Shown here: positions 10,414-20,023 of the stretch, piece after piece
How the letters are laid out: every line of letters starts with the position of its first letter
Numbering within the stretch: position 1 is the stretch's first letter
Assembly: GCA_029259115.1 (NCBI GenBank)
Contig: JAPDJO010000029.1
Location: 60,975-124,974 of the forward strand
Length of the DNA stretch: 64,000 nt
Source of the DNA: Thermoplasmatota archaeon
GTDB taxonomy: Archaea > Thermoplasmatota > E2 > DHVEG-1 > B18-G2
Reading direction: 5' to 3'
Position numbers and translations under genes: made by a program
The notes under the pieces: generated by a model
Told to the model about the DNA's origin: nothing
Databases searched by the model: none
The model's input: the letters and a program-made list of their open reading frames with translations, nothing else

Positions 10414-11586
10414 ATGGATCTAAAAAATGTTATTAAGATAGAACAATGGGGTTATGGGAAAGGAGCTGGTGCAATGCCTATCTACCTATTCGCCGCCCCA
10501 TTGGACATGATAGCATCTAAGGCAGAAATATACAGGAGAACTCCTGGAAGAAAAGATGGTTATCAAAGGGAGTTGAAACAAAGTAGGCTCAGTACAGGAA
10601 AACTGGGCGTAGTTGGTTACATACTCAACCAGGCAGGCATCTTTCCAACATCAGTATTAGTAAACATAAGGAAAGATGAAGGAAGGTTAGAATTTATACC
10701 TCAAATGAAGCTTTTTGAGAAAGTCGAAATAGGTACATTAAAAATCCCTGATGATGTGAAGTGGTACATAATAGATGGGCAACATAGAATAGAAGCGTTA
10801 AAGAAAGTTTTACAAGAGAAGGAAGACATTCACAAATATCCTCTGATTGTATCCATGATGAACGAGAATAAATTCAATGAAATGTTATTTTTCTGGTTGG
10901 TGAATTCGAGAGCAAAAAGCGTAGAAACAGGGTTGGCCTATAGAATCCTCCAAAATATGCTCTACAACATAAAGGCGCCAGAGTGGGTCGAAAGTATAAT
11001 GAAAGGAGCTGATAGGCGAATAGGAATAGCGGCAACAATTGTAGATTATCTGAATGGAAGGGAGGATTCACCGTTTTATAGAAGAATCAAAGAGGAAGGG
11101 GAACCTACAAAATCGCATCATTTGACAACTGACCAGACGATGACACGATATATCTCTATTGTTTTGAAAGAACCTATATTCGAAGGTATGTACGATGAAG
11201 ATGTTGCAGATTTGCTTATAAGATATTGGAATGCTATAAAAAGGATCTACCCAGCATGCTTCGATAAACATGAAGAATATGCTCTTATGTCAACTATTGG
11301 TTTATCTGTGATGCATAGATTATTTCCAACGATTTATGGTTATTGCTCGCTAGACGGGAACATGTCATCTGAAAATATGGAAAAGTATCTTAGATACCTC
11401 CTGCAGGAGACCCCAAGACACAAATATCCAGATTTCAGGCGACCTATAGATGAAAGATGGTGGCATAAAACGGATTCTCCTGCTCTTGGAGTTATAATGG
11501 GTACCGGGGAGGGACATTATAAAAGTGTAGCATTGAATTTTACTGAGAAGATCAAAGAGGCGATTAGGATTGAGAGAGAAAAATGA
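10414..11586 (+). CDS. DGQHR domain protein (DndB/DpdB-like, ParB-related fold)
   Basis: GYQR, FPTSVLVN, IIDGQHR, FWLVNSRAKSV signature motifs. Confidence 0.9.
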   Translation: MDLKNVIKIEQWGYGKGAGAMPIYLFAAPLDMIASKAEIYRRTPGRKDGYQRELKQSRLSTGKLGVVGYILNQAGIFPTSVLVNIRKDEGRLEFIPQMKLFEKVEIGTLKIPDDVKWYIIDGQHRIEALKKVLQEKEDIHKYPLIVSMMNENKFNEMLFFWLVNSRAKSVETGLAYRILQNMLYNIKAPEWVESIMKGADRRIGIAATIVDYLNGREDSPFYRRIKEEGEPTKSHHLTTDQTMTRYISIVLKEPIFEGMYDEDVADLLIRYWNAIKRIYPACFDKHEEYALMSTIGLSVMHRLFPTIYGYCSLDGNMSSENMEKYLRYLLQETPRHKYPDFRRPIDERWWHKTDSPALGVIMGTGEGHYKSVALNFTEKIKEAIRIEREK

Positions 11587-11641
11587 ATTAAACCGGCTTT
11601 TCCCTTTTTATTATCTTTAACAATCATTGAGGTGTTCGGGT

Positions 11642-12163
11642 ATGGGGAAAAGAAAACTATACACAGACGAACATTTGCTCGATATTTTAAGAAAGGAAGC
11701 AAAAAAGTTAGGGAAGGCACCTTCCAGCATACATTTTGCTCGATCTACAGTATTACCTTCACCTTCATGCTATATTTACCGTTGGGGTTCATGGAATAAG
11801 GCCCTTAAAGCAGCCGGACTCAAACCAAACTTAAAAAATGAACAAAAGATAGATGAATTCACTTTACTTAGAGAGAAGCCTAGACTACACATCAACTTGG
11901 GCTCTATACCCAAAGAGAAGAGGAAAAAAATTAAAAAAATCTTCATTAGAGGCTATAAGACAATTTATTATCTGGAGGGAGATGAAATAAGAGCGGTTAG
12001 AGAGTTCTTAACAGCAAACATGAAAAAATTGAAAAAAAGAAAGTTGAAAGACATAAATAAGTACAATCTCCCGATAGAAATGGTTGATTTGATTAAGAAA
12101 ATGTATCATGAGCAAAAACTTACTGAAGTCTCAAAAACGGATGCTACCATTTATAATTTCTGA
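11642..12163 (+). CDS. Basic protein with a homing-endonuclease-associated repeat
   Basis: YTDEHLLDILR...LGKAPS...WGSWNKALKAAGL matches this repeat type; SD GAGGTG before ATG 11642. Confidence 0.7.
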   Translation: MGKRKLYTDEHLLDILRKEAKKLGKAPSSIHFARSTVLPSPSCYIYRWGSWNKALKAAGLKPNLKNEQKIDEFTLLREKPRLHINLGSIPKEKRKKIKKIFIRGYKTIYYLEGDEIRAVREFLTANMKKLKKRKLKDINKYNLPIEMVDLIKKMYHEQKLTEVSKTDATIYNF

Positions 12164-12298
12164 AATGTGTTAAATTTATCTCCTAGGTGGAGGGATGGTA
12201 TGATTATCACTATGTGCTTCTTCGGATATGAAACCAAATTTTATAAATGGAGTGGTTTTTTACATCATAGGATATGATAAAGATAACGAGGTAAATCT

Positions 12299-15181
12299 AT
12301 GACCGTACCAAGGATTGAGGAGAGAACATTATACCCACCTCTGATCAGTTATTTAGATAGTATCGGCTTTAAAGCCGTTGGTGAAACAAAGGTTATAAAA
12401 AAGCATCCCGACATCCTTTTCCGAACAGATTCTATTTCGTTTGTTATAGAAGTCAAAATCGGTAAACCTGAAGTCGGATTAGAAGCTGTCGCACAAGCAT
12501 CAGACTATGCTAGAAAACTAGGTACGCAAAATATTATTATCTTAATTTATCCTGAAAAATATAGAAACCAAATTATTCTGGATCCTAAAATCGTCTCCAA
12601 AGTGGCTCTAAATGAAAAAATAACTGCTCTGGTGTTAACCGAATATTGGACAGAAAGTTTAGATATAGAACCATATAAACTTTTTGAACAGCTTAAACAA
12701 CGGATTCATCTCAAAGAAATCAAGGTTGATTTCAGGACCATTGTTAGACTTATAGAACGATATGTAAAGGATTTGAATGCTATCATCTATCAAATAAAGA
12801 CTGAAGAATTGATATCAGAGGTAGTCGATAAGTTGGATCTATTTTCCTCCATAGGCGAGATAAAGGATAAAGAAACTGCAAAAAAGCAGGTGATAAATCT
12901 AGCTTCATATCTCCTCTTTAATCAACTCTTGTTTTATCATATTTATAAGAGAAAGTCAGGACGTGAAGAACTTCCAGAGCTAGACGAAATAACAAACGTC
13001 AGTGACCTCCAGAGATATTTCGACAGGATAACAGACATTGACTACCAGTCAATTTATAGAGTCAATATTCTCCGACATATACCAAATAGGGAAGTTGTCA
13101 TAGATACACTAAATGAGGTTATAAAAGCTATAAAACTTCTTAGAGCAGAGCACATAACCAGCGATCTTGCAGGAAGATTCTTCCATGATTTGATACCGTA
13201 TGAAGTGAGGAAGGTCTTGGCTGCGTTCTATACACATCCTGTTGCAGCTGAAATTTTGGCAGGTTTGACGATCGATTCATGGGATGAAACAGTTATAGAT
13301 CCTGCTTGTGGATCTGGTACACTCTTGGTTGCTGCTTACAAAAGAAAGATGGACCTTTACCGAAAACTCTACGGATACAGAGATATAGAAAGAATCCATA
13401 GACAGTTTATTGAGCATGATCTAACAGGCATAGACATAATGCCTTTTGCTGCACATATTAGTACAATAAATTTAACGATGCAAAATATAGAATATGAAAC
13501 TAATATAGTTAGGATTGGTACAAAAGATTCTCTAGATTTAGTAAAATCGTTAAAAACTCCAGATTTCAACAGACGGGGCATTAAAATATCACCCTATACC
13601 GAAACTATACAACAAACTCTTTTTGGAATAACAGGACAAAAAGTCAGAAAAGAAGGGGCAATTTCTCCAGAAGGGAAAGGCTATGAATTCTATATAAAGC
13701 CTGTGAATGTAGTCATAATGAATCCTCCGTTTACAGACAGACATAAAATGCCAGAAGATTACCGAAAGAAACTAAAATTATTGAATCTAAGGTCTATATG
13801 TGGAGGAGCTGTCGATCTCTGGGGATATTTCTTAGCTTTAGCCCATTATTTTGTCAAAGATGGAGGAAAAATTGGGGCTGTTATTCCTATAAATATCGCC
13901 CGTGGGAAATTTACAAAGAATATAAGAGAATTGATCTTCTCGCAATATCAGATAAAATATATTGTCAAATCTATAAAGGATATAGGATTTAGTGAAGCTG
14001 CAGGCTTTAGGGACATACTTCTAGTATTAGAGAAAAGAAATCCTACAAGTAACGATATAACCAAGATAATCTTTCTTAAAAAATCTATTCGAGCACTTTC
14101 TTTGAACGAAGCAAAACATATAGTTAATATTATAAAAGATGCAAACTCAGATTATTCCGACGAATTTGTGGATGTAAATATCATAAGGTTCAGAGACCTA
14201 ATAAAGTTCAAAGAAAACTTAATGCCGTTACTTTCAGGACACATTAAAGAATCAAGAAAGATGATAGAATCATTTGAAAAAGTTATTTTAAAGAAGGGGG
14301 AAGATAAGCTGATTAACATAACCGAAGATATGATATCCGTTGGTTTCATAACTGATAAGAAAGGTATAGCAGATCTGACATTTATTACTCGTCCATTTGA
14401 TAGACGAAGGGTATCTCGGGCCTTCTTGATTCTTGAGAATGACAACAATAAAGAAGTGATGGCAAAAATAAAAAATACCGGCATAACAATTAAAGTACAA
14501 AAAAGTATAACAAAACCTGCTCTGAGAACGCTCACAGGTGTGAAAACTTTAGATATTACAAATAATCATGATTATTTCATCATTGATAAATTTGATGACT
14601 TCGATATTGTTTTCAATTTGTCTAAATGGCAAAAAGGTAGGAAGTTTAGTTGGAATTGGATAAAAAACAAAATACCGACTTTAAGCTATGTAGTACTAGC
14701 TGAGAAAATTAATCCCTTCTCGCCAAACACGAGCTTAATTTCTGTTCATATGGAAAATAAATTTGTAGTCCCTCATGTATTTTGGATCTTCAAACACATA
14801 CGTAGCAAAGACGAAGGAAAGATGTTATGTCTTTATCTAAACAGCATTGCATTTTTTATCCAATATATGAGGAGAAAATCAGAAGCAACGGGAGAATATG
14901 CGCATATCTTAAAAGAAGATCTTATATTAACGAAAGTGTTAGATTTCGATACTTTAGCAGAAAATAAAAAAAGAGTTTTGTTAGAGTTGTTCGAAAAACT
15001 CAAAGATGTTGAATTTCCATCCATTTTAGAACAACTAGAAAACCGTTTCTGGGCTAGGGTTGAATTAGATAAAACAATACTAAAGATTCTTGGATTCTCA
15101 AATAAAGAAATTAACAAGTGGTTACCCAAGGTTTATGATGCTTTGGTTGAAGAATTGAAAGCTATGAAGGAAGTTAGATAA
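12299..15181 (+). CDS. Type IIG/IIL restriction-modification fusion (PD-(D/E)xK nuclease, N6-adenine MTase, TRD)
   Basis: HPD...VIEVK nuclease motif; AFYT; motif I DPACGSG; motif IV NPPF; long C-terminal specificity region. Confidence 0.9.
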   Translation: MTVPRIEERTLYPPLISYLDSIGFKAVGETKVIKKHPDILFRTDSISFVIEVKIGKPEVGLEAVAQASDYARKLGTQNIIILIYPEKYRNQIILDPKIVSKVALNEKITALVLTEYWTESLDIEPYKLFEQLKQRIHLKEIKVDFRTIVRLIERYVKDLNAIIYQIKTEELISEVVDKLDLFSSIGEIKDKETAKKQVINLASYLLFNQLLFYHIYKRKSGREELPELDEITNVSDLQRYFDRITDIDYQSIYRVNILRHIPNREVVIDTLNEVIKAIKLLRAEHITSDLAGRFFHDLIPYEVRKVLAAFYTHPVAAEILAGLTIDSWDETVIDPACGSGTLLVAAYKRKMDLYRKLYGYRDIERIHRQFIEHDLTGIDIMPFAAHISTINLTMQNIEYETNIVRIGTKDSLDLVKSLKTPDFNRRGIKISPYTETIQQTLFGITGQKVRKEGAISPEGKGYEFYIKPVNVVIMNPPFTDRHKMPEDYRKKLKLLNLRSICGGAVDLWGYFLALAHYFVKDGGKIGAVIPINIARGKFTKNIRELIFSQYQIKYIVKSIKDIGFSEAAGFRDILLVLEKRNPTSNDITKIIFLKKSIRALSLNEAKHIVNIIKDANSDYSDEFVDVNIIRFRDLIKFKENLMPLLSGHIKESRKMIESFEKVILKKGEDKLINITEDMISVGFITDKKGIADLTFITRPFDRRRVSRAFLILENDNNKEVMAKIKNTGITIKVQKSITKPALRTLTGVKTLDITNNHDYFIIDKFDDFDIVFNLSKWQKGRKFSWNWIKNKIPTLSYVVLAEKINPFSPNTSLISVHMENKFVVPHVFWIFKHIRSKDEGKMLCLYLNSIAFFIQYMRRKSEATGEYAHILKEDLILTKVLDFDTLAENKKRVLLELFEKLKDVEFPSILEQLENRFWARVELDKTILKILGFSNKEINKWLPKVYDALVEELKAMKEVR

Positions 15182-15182
15182 G

Positions 15183-16310
15183 ATGGTTCTTAGTGAAAAA
15201 CAGTACTTGCCCACTAAAGATGACCTAGAAAATGAAGAATTAAAAAGTTTGGCAAAGAGACTTAAAAAAGACACATATAGAGAAACGTTAACGAATATCG
15301 TCGAGTGGCAGGAGAGGAATTTGAGCTATTGGTTTGACAGAGCAGACATGTTTATTCTGGTATATGTTCTAGCAGCTATCTCGTTTTACTTCCAACCAAT
15401 ATCCCCTATCATAAAATGTGTATCCTCCATCGCCTTTTTGGCAGTACCAATACTTGTAAGTATCATAGATATCACCTTTATGCTCCTATTGACGACTTTC
15501 TTTTCAATTTTTGTTGTAACCATTTTCACTATTTTGTTTTTATATGGTTTTCCAACCTCTAATAACATCTTTCCAATCCATCAGTTGATCGTGCTATCCA
15601 TGGTTACTGGGGCGATGATATCCCTGTGGACTTATTTGGTATTGAGATATAGGCGACTTAAGCATATTCAACCGAGTTTCAGAATATCGGATGTCTTTGA
15701 AATGAGCTTACCTGTCAAAAAGATATTAGAATACCGTTTAGCAATCTGTAGAGACTATGCGAAATTAACCTCAGCTTTTCTCCTGAATATTTGTTCAGGG
15801 AACGAAATATACTTTGTAAGAATTCCCTGGCATGTTGCAGCAGCTATCAAAGTTAATAACAAGATTTATGTCTTAGATCAGAGATTGCCTATAACCTCTC
15901 TAGAAAAGTGGTTAGCTTATTGGAGAGAAAGATTCAAAAAAAGAAAAATTACGGCAACCATACTTAGTATATCTGTTGAAAACGGTAAAATCGAGACTAA
16001 AAAGATTAAAAAAGTGAACTTACAGGATTTTGAAATACCGAATGTAGATACGGAAAGATTATCTTCTCAATTAGCAAACCACATAGGATTAAAACGACCT
16101 CGATTGAAACAGAGTGGGCGACCAGATTTAAGTCTGCCCTTCAAAAATTATGCCATATATTATGAGAATGACGAAATAACGATCCATTCCATGCTAAAAT
16201 CCTTTAAAATATGTCTAGAAAAGGAACTCTGCGGAGATCTCGGGAGGATATCAAAGATTTTGATAGAACAAAGAGAGAAGGACTTGGTGTTGAATGTATG
16301 GACTACATGA
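15183..16310 (+). CDS. Membrane transglutaminase-like protein (DUF553/UPF0252-like)
   Basis: Cys-His-Asp triad ICRDYA / WHVAA / VLDQ; several TM helices inserted in the N-terminal part. Confidence 0.75.
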   Translation: MVLSEKQYLPTKDDLENEELKSLAKRLKKDTYRETLTNIVEWQERNLSYWFDRADMFILVYVLAAISFYFQPISPIIKCVSSIAFLAVPILVSIIDITFMLLLTTFFSIFVVTIFTILFLYGFPTSNNIFPIHQLIVLSMVTGAMISLWTYLVLRYRRLKHIQPSFRISDVFEMSLPVKKILEYRLAICRDYAKLTSAFLLNICSGNEIYFVRIPWHVAAAIKVNNKIYVLDQRLPITSLEKWLAYWRERFKKRKITATILSISVENGKIETKKIKKVNLQDFEIPNVDTERLSSQLANHIGLKRPRLKQSGRPDLSLPFKNYAIYYENDEITIHSMLKSFKICLEKELCGDLGRISKILIEQREKDLVLNVWTT

Positions 16311-16320
16311 AGTCAATTTC

Positions 16321-17553
16321 CTAGCACATTTCTCTTAATTTCTCTTCAATAACCCGAGCAGGAATATCAGGAAGAGATATCAGGTGAGAACGTCCTCTTT
16401 CGCCTGCGCCTGATATTTTCAGATCTATGAAACCGTATCCATGCAATCTTTTCAGATAATCCAGAAACTGCCTCTCCTTTCTTGGACTTTCTCCAAACTC
16501 CTCACATACCACATTATACACATCAAAAGCTTCTCCGGTCCTCAGGTAGGCTTTCCCTGTTTTTCTTAACTTCCTTGCTATTGCCAGTAAAACGAGTTTC
16601 TCATGTTTACCCAGATATTTCAGCTTGCTTTCTGTGATGACTGAATAGGTATCTGCCTTCGCTGCCCTGACATGTTCAGGTGTAACCTCTGGGTCTTCAT
16701 TCTCCTCAGCTATCTTTCCAGCCTTCCATAAAAGCTCAATCGCAAATCTTGCATCTCCCCAAACTGAAGCAATATCTGCTATGAGCTTGATGCTCTCATC
16801 ATTAACTTTTCCGCTGTAAAATGCAAGATTCACCCTTTGTTTGATTATCTCGATCAGCTCTTTGCATGTGTATCTGCTGAACTCGATCTTTGTGTGTCCA
16901 AATGAGCTTATGGTTGCTGGATTGAATCTTTCCAGGAGATTGTCATGAGAGATGAGGATCAGGGAAAGACCTTCATAACCTTTGAGCTTGAAGCTCTCGT
17001 TGAATCTTGTCAGAGAATAGATGAACCTGCAACCATATTTCTTGAAGTGAGCATCCACATCATCGAGAATCAGAATGAGATGTGCGGATCTGCTCTTCAG
17101 GTATCTCCTCAGATTATCAAGCATCTCCTCATCAGAGAATCCTCTCTCAGGGATCCTGATGTTCAGCTCTTCAAAAACAGCAGAGAGAATGGTGTTTGGA
17201 GATAGATGATCCATGCAGTTCACCCTTGCCCATTTTATCTCCTTTCCTGATTTCTTTGCATCCGCTGATATCATCTGGCAGAATCTCTTTGCTGTTACGG
17301 TTTTGCCTGTTCCTATGTCTCCATAGAGCAAAACATGCCTTGATATTCCCTGAGAAAGTGTTCCGCTGAAGTGATTTTTCAGTTTCTTCAGTTGCTTCTC
17401 TCGATTGGGTAGATCTCTTGGAACGTAACTCATGTCGAGCTTTGACTCGTCTTTGAAGATAGATGAAACTCCTTGCATCCTAGAAATTTCAAGGGATTCA
17501 TGGTATTTAAAAGTCTTTGGGGGTTGGGTGCGAGTGAATTTAAATTCGCTCAA
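16321..17553 (-). CDS. cdc6: Orc1/Cdc6 replication initiator family protein (element-borne)
   Basis: SIFKDESKL..YVP..LP.RE, Walker A GDIGTGKT, VNC, LILDDVD, GDARFAI, C-terminal wHTH. True start may be the internal Met (MQGVSS). Confidence 0.92.
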   Translation of the reverse strand: MSEFKFTRTQPPKTFKYHESLEISRMQGVSSIFKDESKLDMSYVPRDLPNREKQLKKLKNHFSGTLSQGISRHVLLYGDIGTGKTVTAKRFCQMISADAKKSGKEIKWARVNCMDHLSPNTILSAVFEELNIRIPERGFSDEEMLDNLRRYLKSRSAHLILILDDVDAHFKKYGCRFIYSLTRFNESFKLKGYEGLSLILISHDNLLERFNPATISSFGHTKIEFSRYTCKELIEIIKQRVNLAFYSGKVNDESIKLIADIASVWGDARFAIELLWKAGKIAEENEDPEVTPEHVRAAKADTYSVITESKLKYLGKHEKLVLLAIARKLRKTGKAYLRTGEAFDVYNVVCEEFGESPRKERQFLDYLKRLHGYGFIDLKISGAGERGRSHLISLPDIPARVIEEKLREMC

Positions 17554-18142
17554 CTACATAATTTGCTAACCATTGACCATATGTATCTTCCAACGAGAAG
17601 GGTGCCAGATATTCTTGTTCCAACTCGAGAAGTCTGCTTCTAACAAGCTTCATATCACGATTTGCAACTTTTACAATTTCCTTATAGGATTTCTCGCTCA
17701 AGATATCATGATATCGCATCTTCACATAAAACCACATACCATGAAGCAGGGGTATCTTTTCACAGAGTCTCTTGGCAGCTGTCTCATCGTTTATGAATCC
17801 TACACTCTTTTCACCATTCTGGATATACTTCTCAACACAAAGAGACATGGAAATCTCACCTTTACCTAAAGTCAACAATATATTTTCCCGTTGATATCGA
17901 TATATTTCGCTTTCTTGAACATCACAGATTTTTAGTAAACCTTCTCTCATGAATTCATCAAACATGGCCCTCTGATCCCTCTTGGTTAGTTCCTTCCCTT
18001 CTATGTAGGAAGGGACAGTAAGAACAAAGTTCTCTTTGCTTTGTAGCTCTTTCATATAAGTAAGTATCTCTCGGAATTTCAAGGCAGTATACAAGATATT
18101 AATAAGGACACTTGCATCAAGAACAGCGAGTATGGCTGACAT
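17540..18142 (-). CDS. PIN-domain ribonuclease (VapC-like toxin)
   Basis: AVLDASVLIN, LGKGE, FINDETA acidic PIN pattern; lies downstream of an antitoxin-like gene. Confidence 0.75.
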   Translation of the reverse strand: MSAILAVLDASVLINILYTALKFREILTYMKELQSKENFVLTVPSYIEGKELTKRDQRAMFDEFMREGLLKICDVQESEIYRYQRENILLTLGKGEISMSLCVEKYIQNGEKSVGFINDETAAKRLCEKIPLLHGMWFYVKMRYHDILSEKSYKEIVKVANRDMKLVRSRLLELEQEYLAPFSLEDTYGQWLANYVVERI

Positions 18143-18151
18143 CCTAACACC

Positions 18152-18781
18152 TTAATTGAGAAGATCCTTGAACTGTGATATCGATAGTCCTGCCAATTCT
18201 GCAGCTTTACCTAAACTTATTTTCCCCTTTTTGTATAATCTAAGAGCATATAACGTTCTATCTTTCTCTATCCGCCGTATTTCGGTAGATTTTGAAATAA
18301 ATTCTTTACCCAGTTCTGATTGGCCTAGAATGTCTAAATATATTATTGCTAGTATTTCATCATCAGTTACAACCTGATCGTTAAGATATTTCTTTATTTC
18401 CTCTAAAATCGAAATGTGTCTTTTCTGTGAAAGTTTATTTATTAATTCCTCGAAAATTTCTTTTCCTCTTGGAGTTAATCTTATGTTCCTTGCAGTTGTG
18501 GGATCTCCTTCAAAATCGATTAATCCTTCAAGAGCCATCTGGTTCATTTCTTCCTCTATCAACTCACTATAAGGTCCCTTCTTGTGGGGATAGAAACCTG
18601 CGTTCATGAGGAGATCTCTTCTCTCATTGTCATTTTCACCTAATATAAGCAAAAAATAGGTCAACATTTTTTGCAAACGCAGATGGTTCAGTACAGGTTT
18701 AAAAGAATTTACACCCAACAGGAGAAGAATTAGCTTCTGGGTAGAGGTTAACCCTTCTAGACTTTGGCTCATCATAGCCAC
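18152..18781 (-). CDS. Putative antitoxin: YwgA/Panacea-like wHTH domain plus C-terminal UPF0175
   Basis: LRLQKML...FYPHKKGPYS; C-terminal LYKKGKISLGKAAELAGLS is typical of UPF0175. Confidence 0.75.
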   Translation of the reverse strand: MAMMSQSLEGLTSTQKLILLLLGVNSFKPVLNHLRLQKMLTYFLLILGENDNERRDLLMNAGFYPHKKGPYSELIEEEMNQMALEGLIDFEGDPTTARNIRLTPRGKEIFEELINKLSQKRHISILEEIKKYLNDQVVTDDEILAIIYLDILGQSELGKEFISKSTEIRRIEKDRTLYALRLYKKGKISLGKAAELAGLSISQFKDLLN

Positions 18782-18827
18782 AAGTAGTAAAAGACTTTAT
18801 AACATTAACCTATTTAGCTCTACAGGA

Positions 18828-19958
18828 ATGGTAGAATTAAAGGTACTTTGTGAAGATACAGATGTACCTACCTCTATTTTCGAGATCAGATCAAAAGAGG
18901 GTACAATAACCTCTCCACTACGAGGGATTTCTAAATATCAGAGAGAATATTCCAAGAAATTGAAAGAGGGAAATTATATCATCGAAGTTCATCACTATCT
19001 GTCATCTACGATGATCAAGAGCATTTCTCTTTCATCAACAGCATCGGAGAGGTTCAACAGAAGGATAACGAGTAAGATGATAAAAGGAAAGTTACATTTG
19101 TTTGTTTTTGATCTAACAGAAGGGTATCCAAGTAAGAGAGAAGAACTGGAAAACCTTCTACATGTGTTGAATTTTGAGAGTATAGTAAACGATAATTTAA
19201 TATGTCTACCATTTTCTTCGTCTACTCTCCAATCCTTAGATGAGTATGAAAAGATATACAATATACTAGAGAACAAAGCAGATGATCTTATGGAAATTTT
19301 AAGTACATTTGTTATCAAGCAAAGGAACATTCTGGGCTATGTTCCTATATTCTGTCTTGGAGGAAAATACATAGAAAAATTGATTACTCTTTATGAAAAG
19401 GCGAACATCAATAGTTTTCTTTTTGATCTTGGCGGAAAACATATAGAAAGATTCAGGGGACAAATATCCCAGCTCATTAAGGTGCGTAGGAACTTGATGA
19501 AAGAGTACGGATATACTTTTTTCTATGCATTTAACACATTCAGTGGCAGAGTTAGCAAAAAAATTGATGTTATTCCAGCAAGAGACTTCCTCTCTATCTT
19601 TGTTGGATTTGATGGATTTGGCCCTTCGCACAAGAGATATAAGCTGCCCAAAGAAATTGCTGAATCTCTTATTCTGAAAGAGAAAAGATTTAGATTGTTC
19701 GATGAGGATGAATATGTTTACAGACTCTACAACAAAGAGGAAGTGAGAAAGATAACATCTCATCATGATCCTCAAATCGGCTGCAAGATCTACAATGCCG
19801 CACATCAAACAGCAGAGTTAGATAAGATCAAAGCAAAAATCAAAGAAGAAAATACATATCTGCGAAGTTTAGAAAAAAAAGAAACCGTCTTTCCTATTTT
19901 GTCAAATCTTCTGGATATTAGAAAGGAGAGTCTGTTGAACAAGAAATTATTCATATAA
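18828..19958 (+). CDS. Hypothetical protein, possibly a divergent TGT-like TIM-barrel
   Basis: 376-aa ORF; N-terminal EIRSKEGTITSP resembles the TGT 'G-x-I-x-T-P' start; late VGFDGFG strand; no canonical DSGG. Function is tentative. Confidence 0.55.
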   Translation: MVELKVLCEDTDVPTSIFEIRSKEGTITSPLRGISKYQREYSKKLKEGNYIIEVHHYLSSTMIKSISLSSTASERFNRRITSKMIKGKLHLFVFDLTEGYPSKREELENLLHVLNFESIVNDNLICLPFSSSTLQSLDEYEKIYNILENKADDLMEILSTFVIKQRNILGYVPIFCLGGKYIEKLITLYEKANINSFLFDLGGKHIERFRGQISQLIKVRRNLMKEYGYTFFYAFNTFSGRVSKKIDVIPARDFLSIFVGFDGFGPSHKRYKLPKEIAESLILKEKRFRLFDEDEYVYRLYNKEEVRKITSHHDPQIGCKIYNAAHQTAELDKIKAKIKEENTYLRSLEKKETVFPILSNLLDIRKESLLNKKLFI

Positions 19959-20023
19959 GACACCTCAAACAAAAAAATAAAAAGAGGGTTAATGAGAACA
20001 GACCCAACTGCCCCATCCGCTGA

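Noticed and set aside
10414-11586. Complete Dnd phosphorothioation or Dpd system
   Set aside because: Only a DGQHR gene is present; no recognisable dndACDE, pbe or dpdC-K genes.
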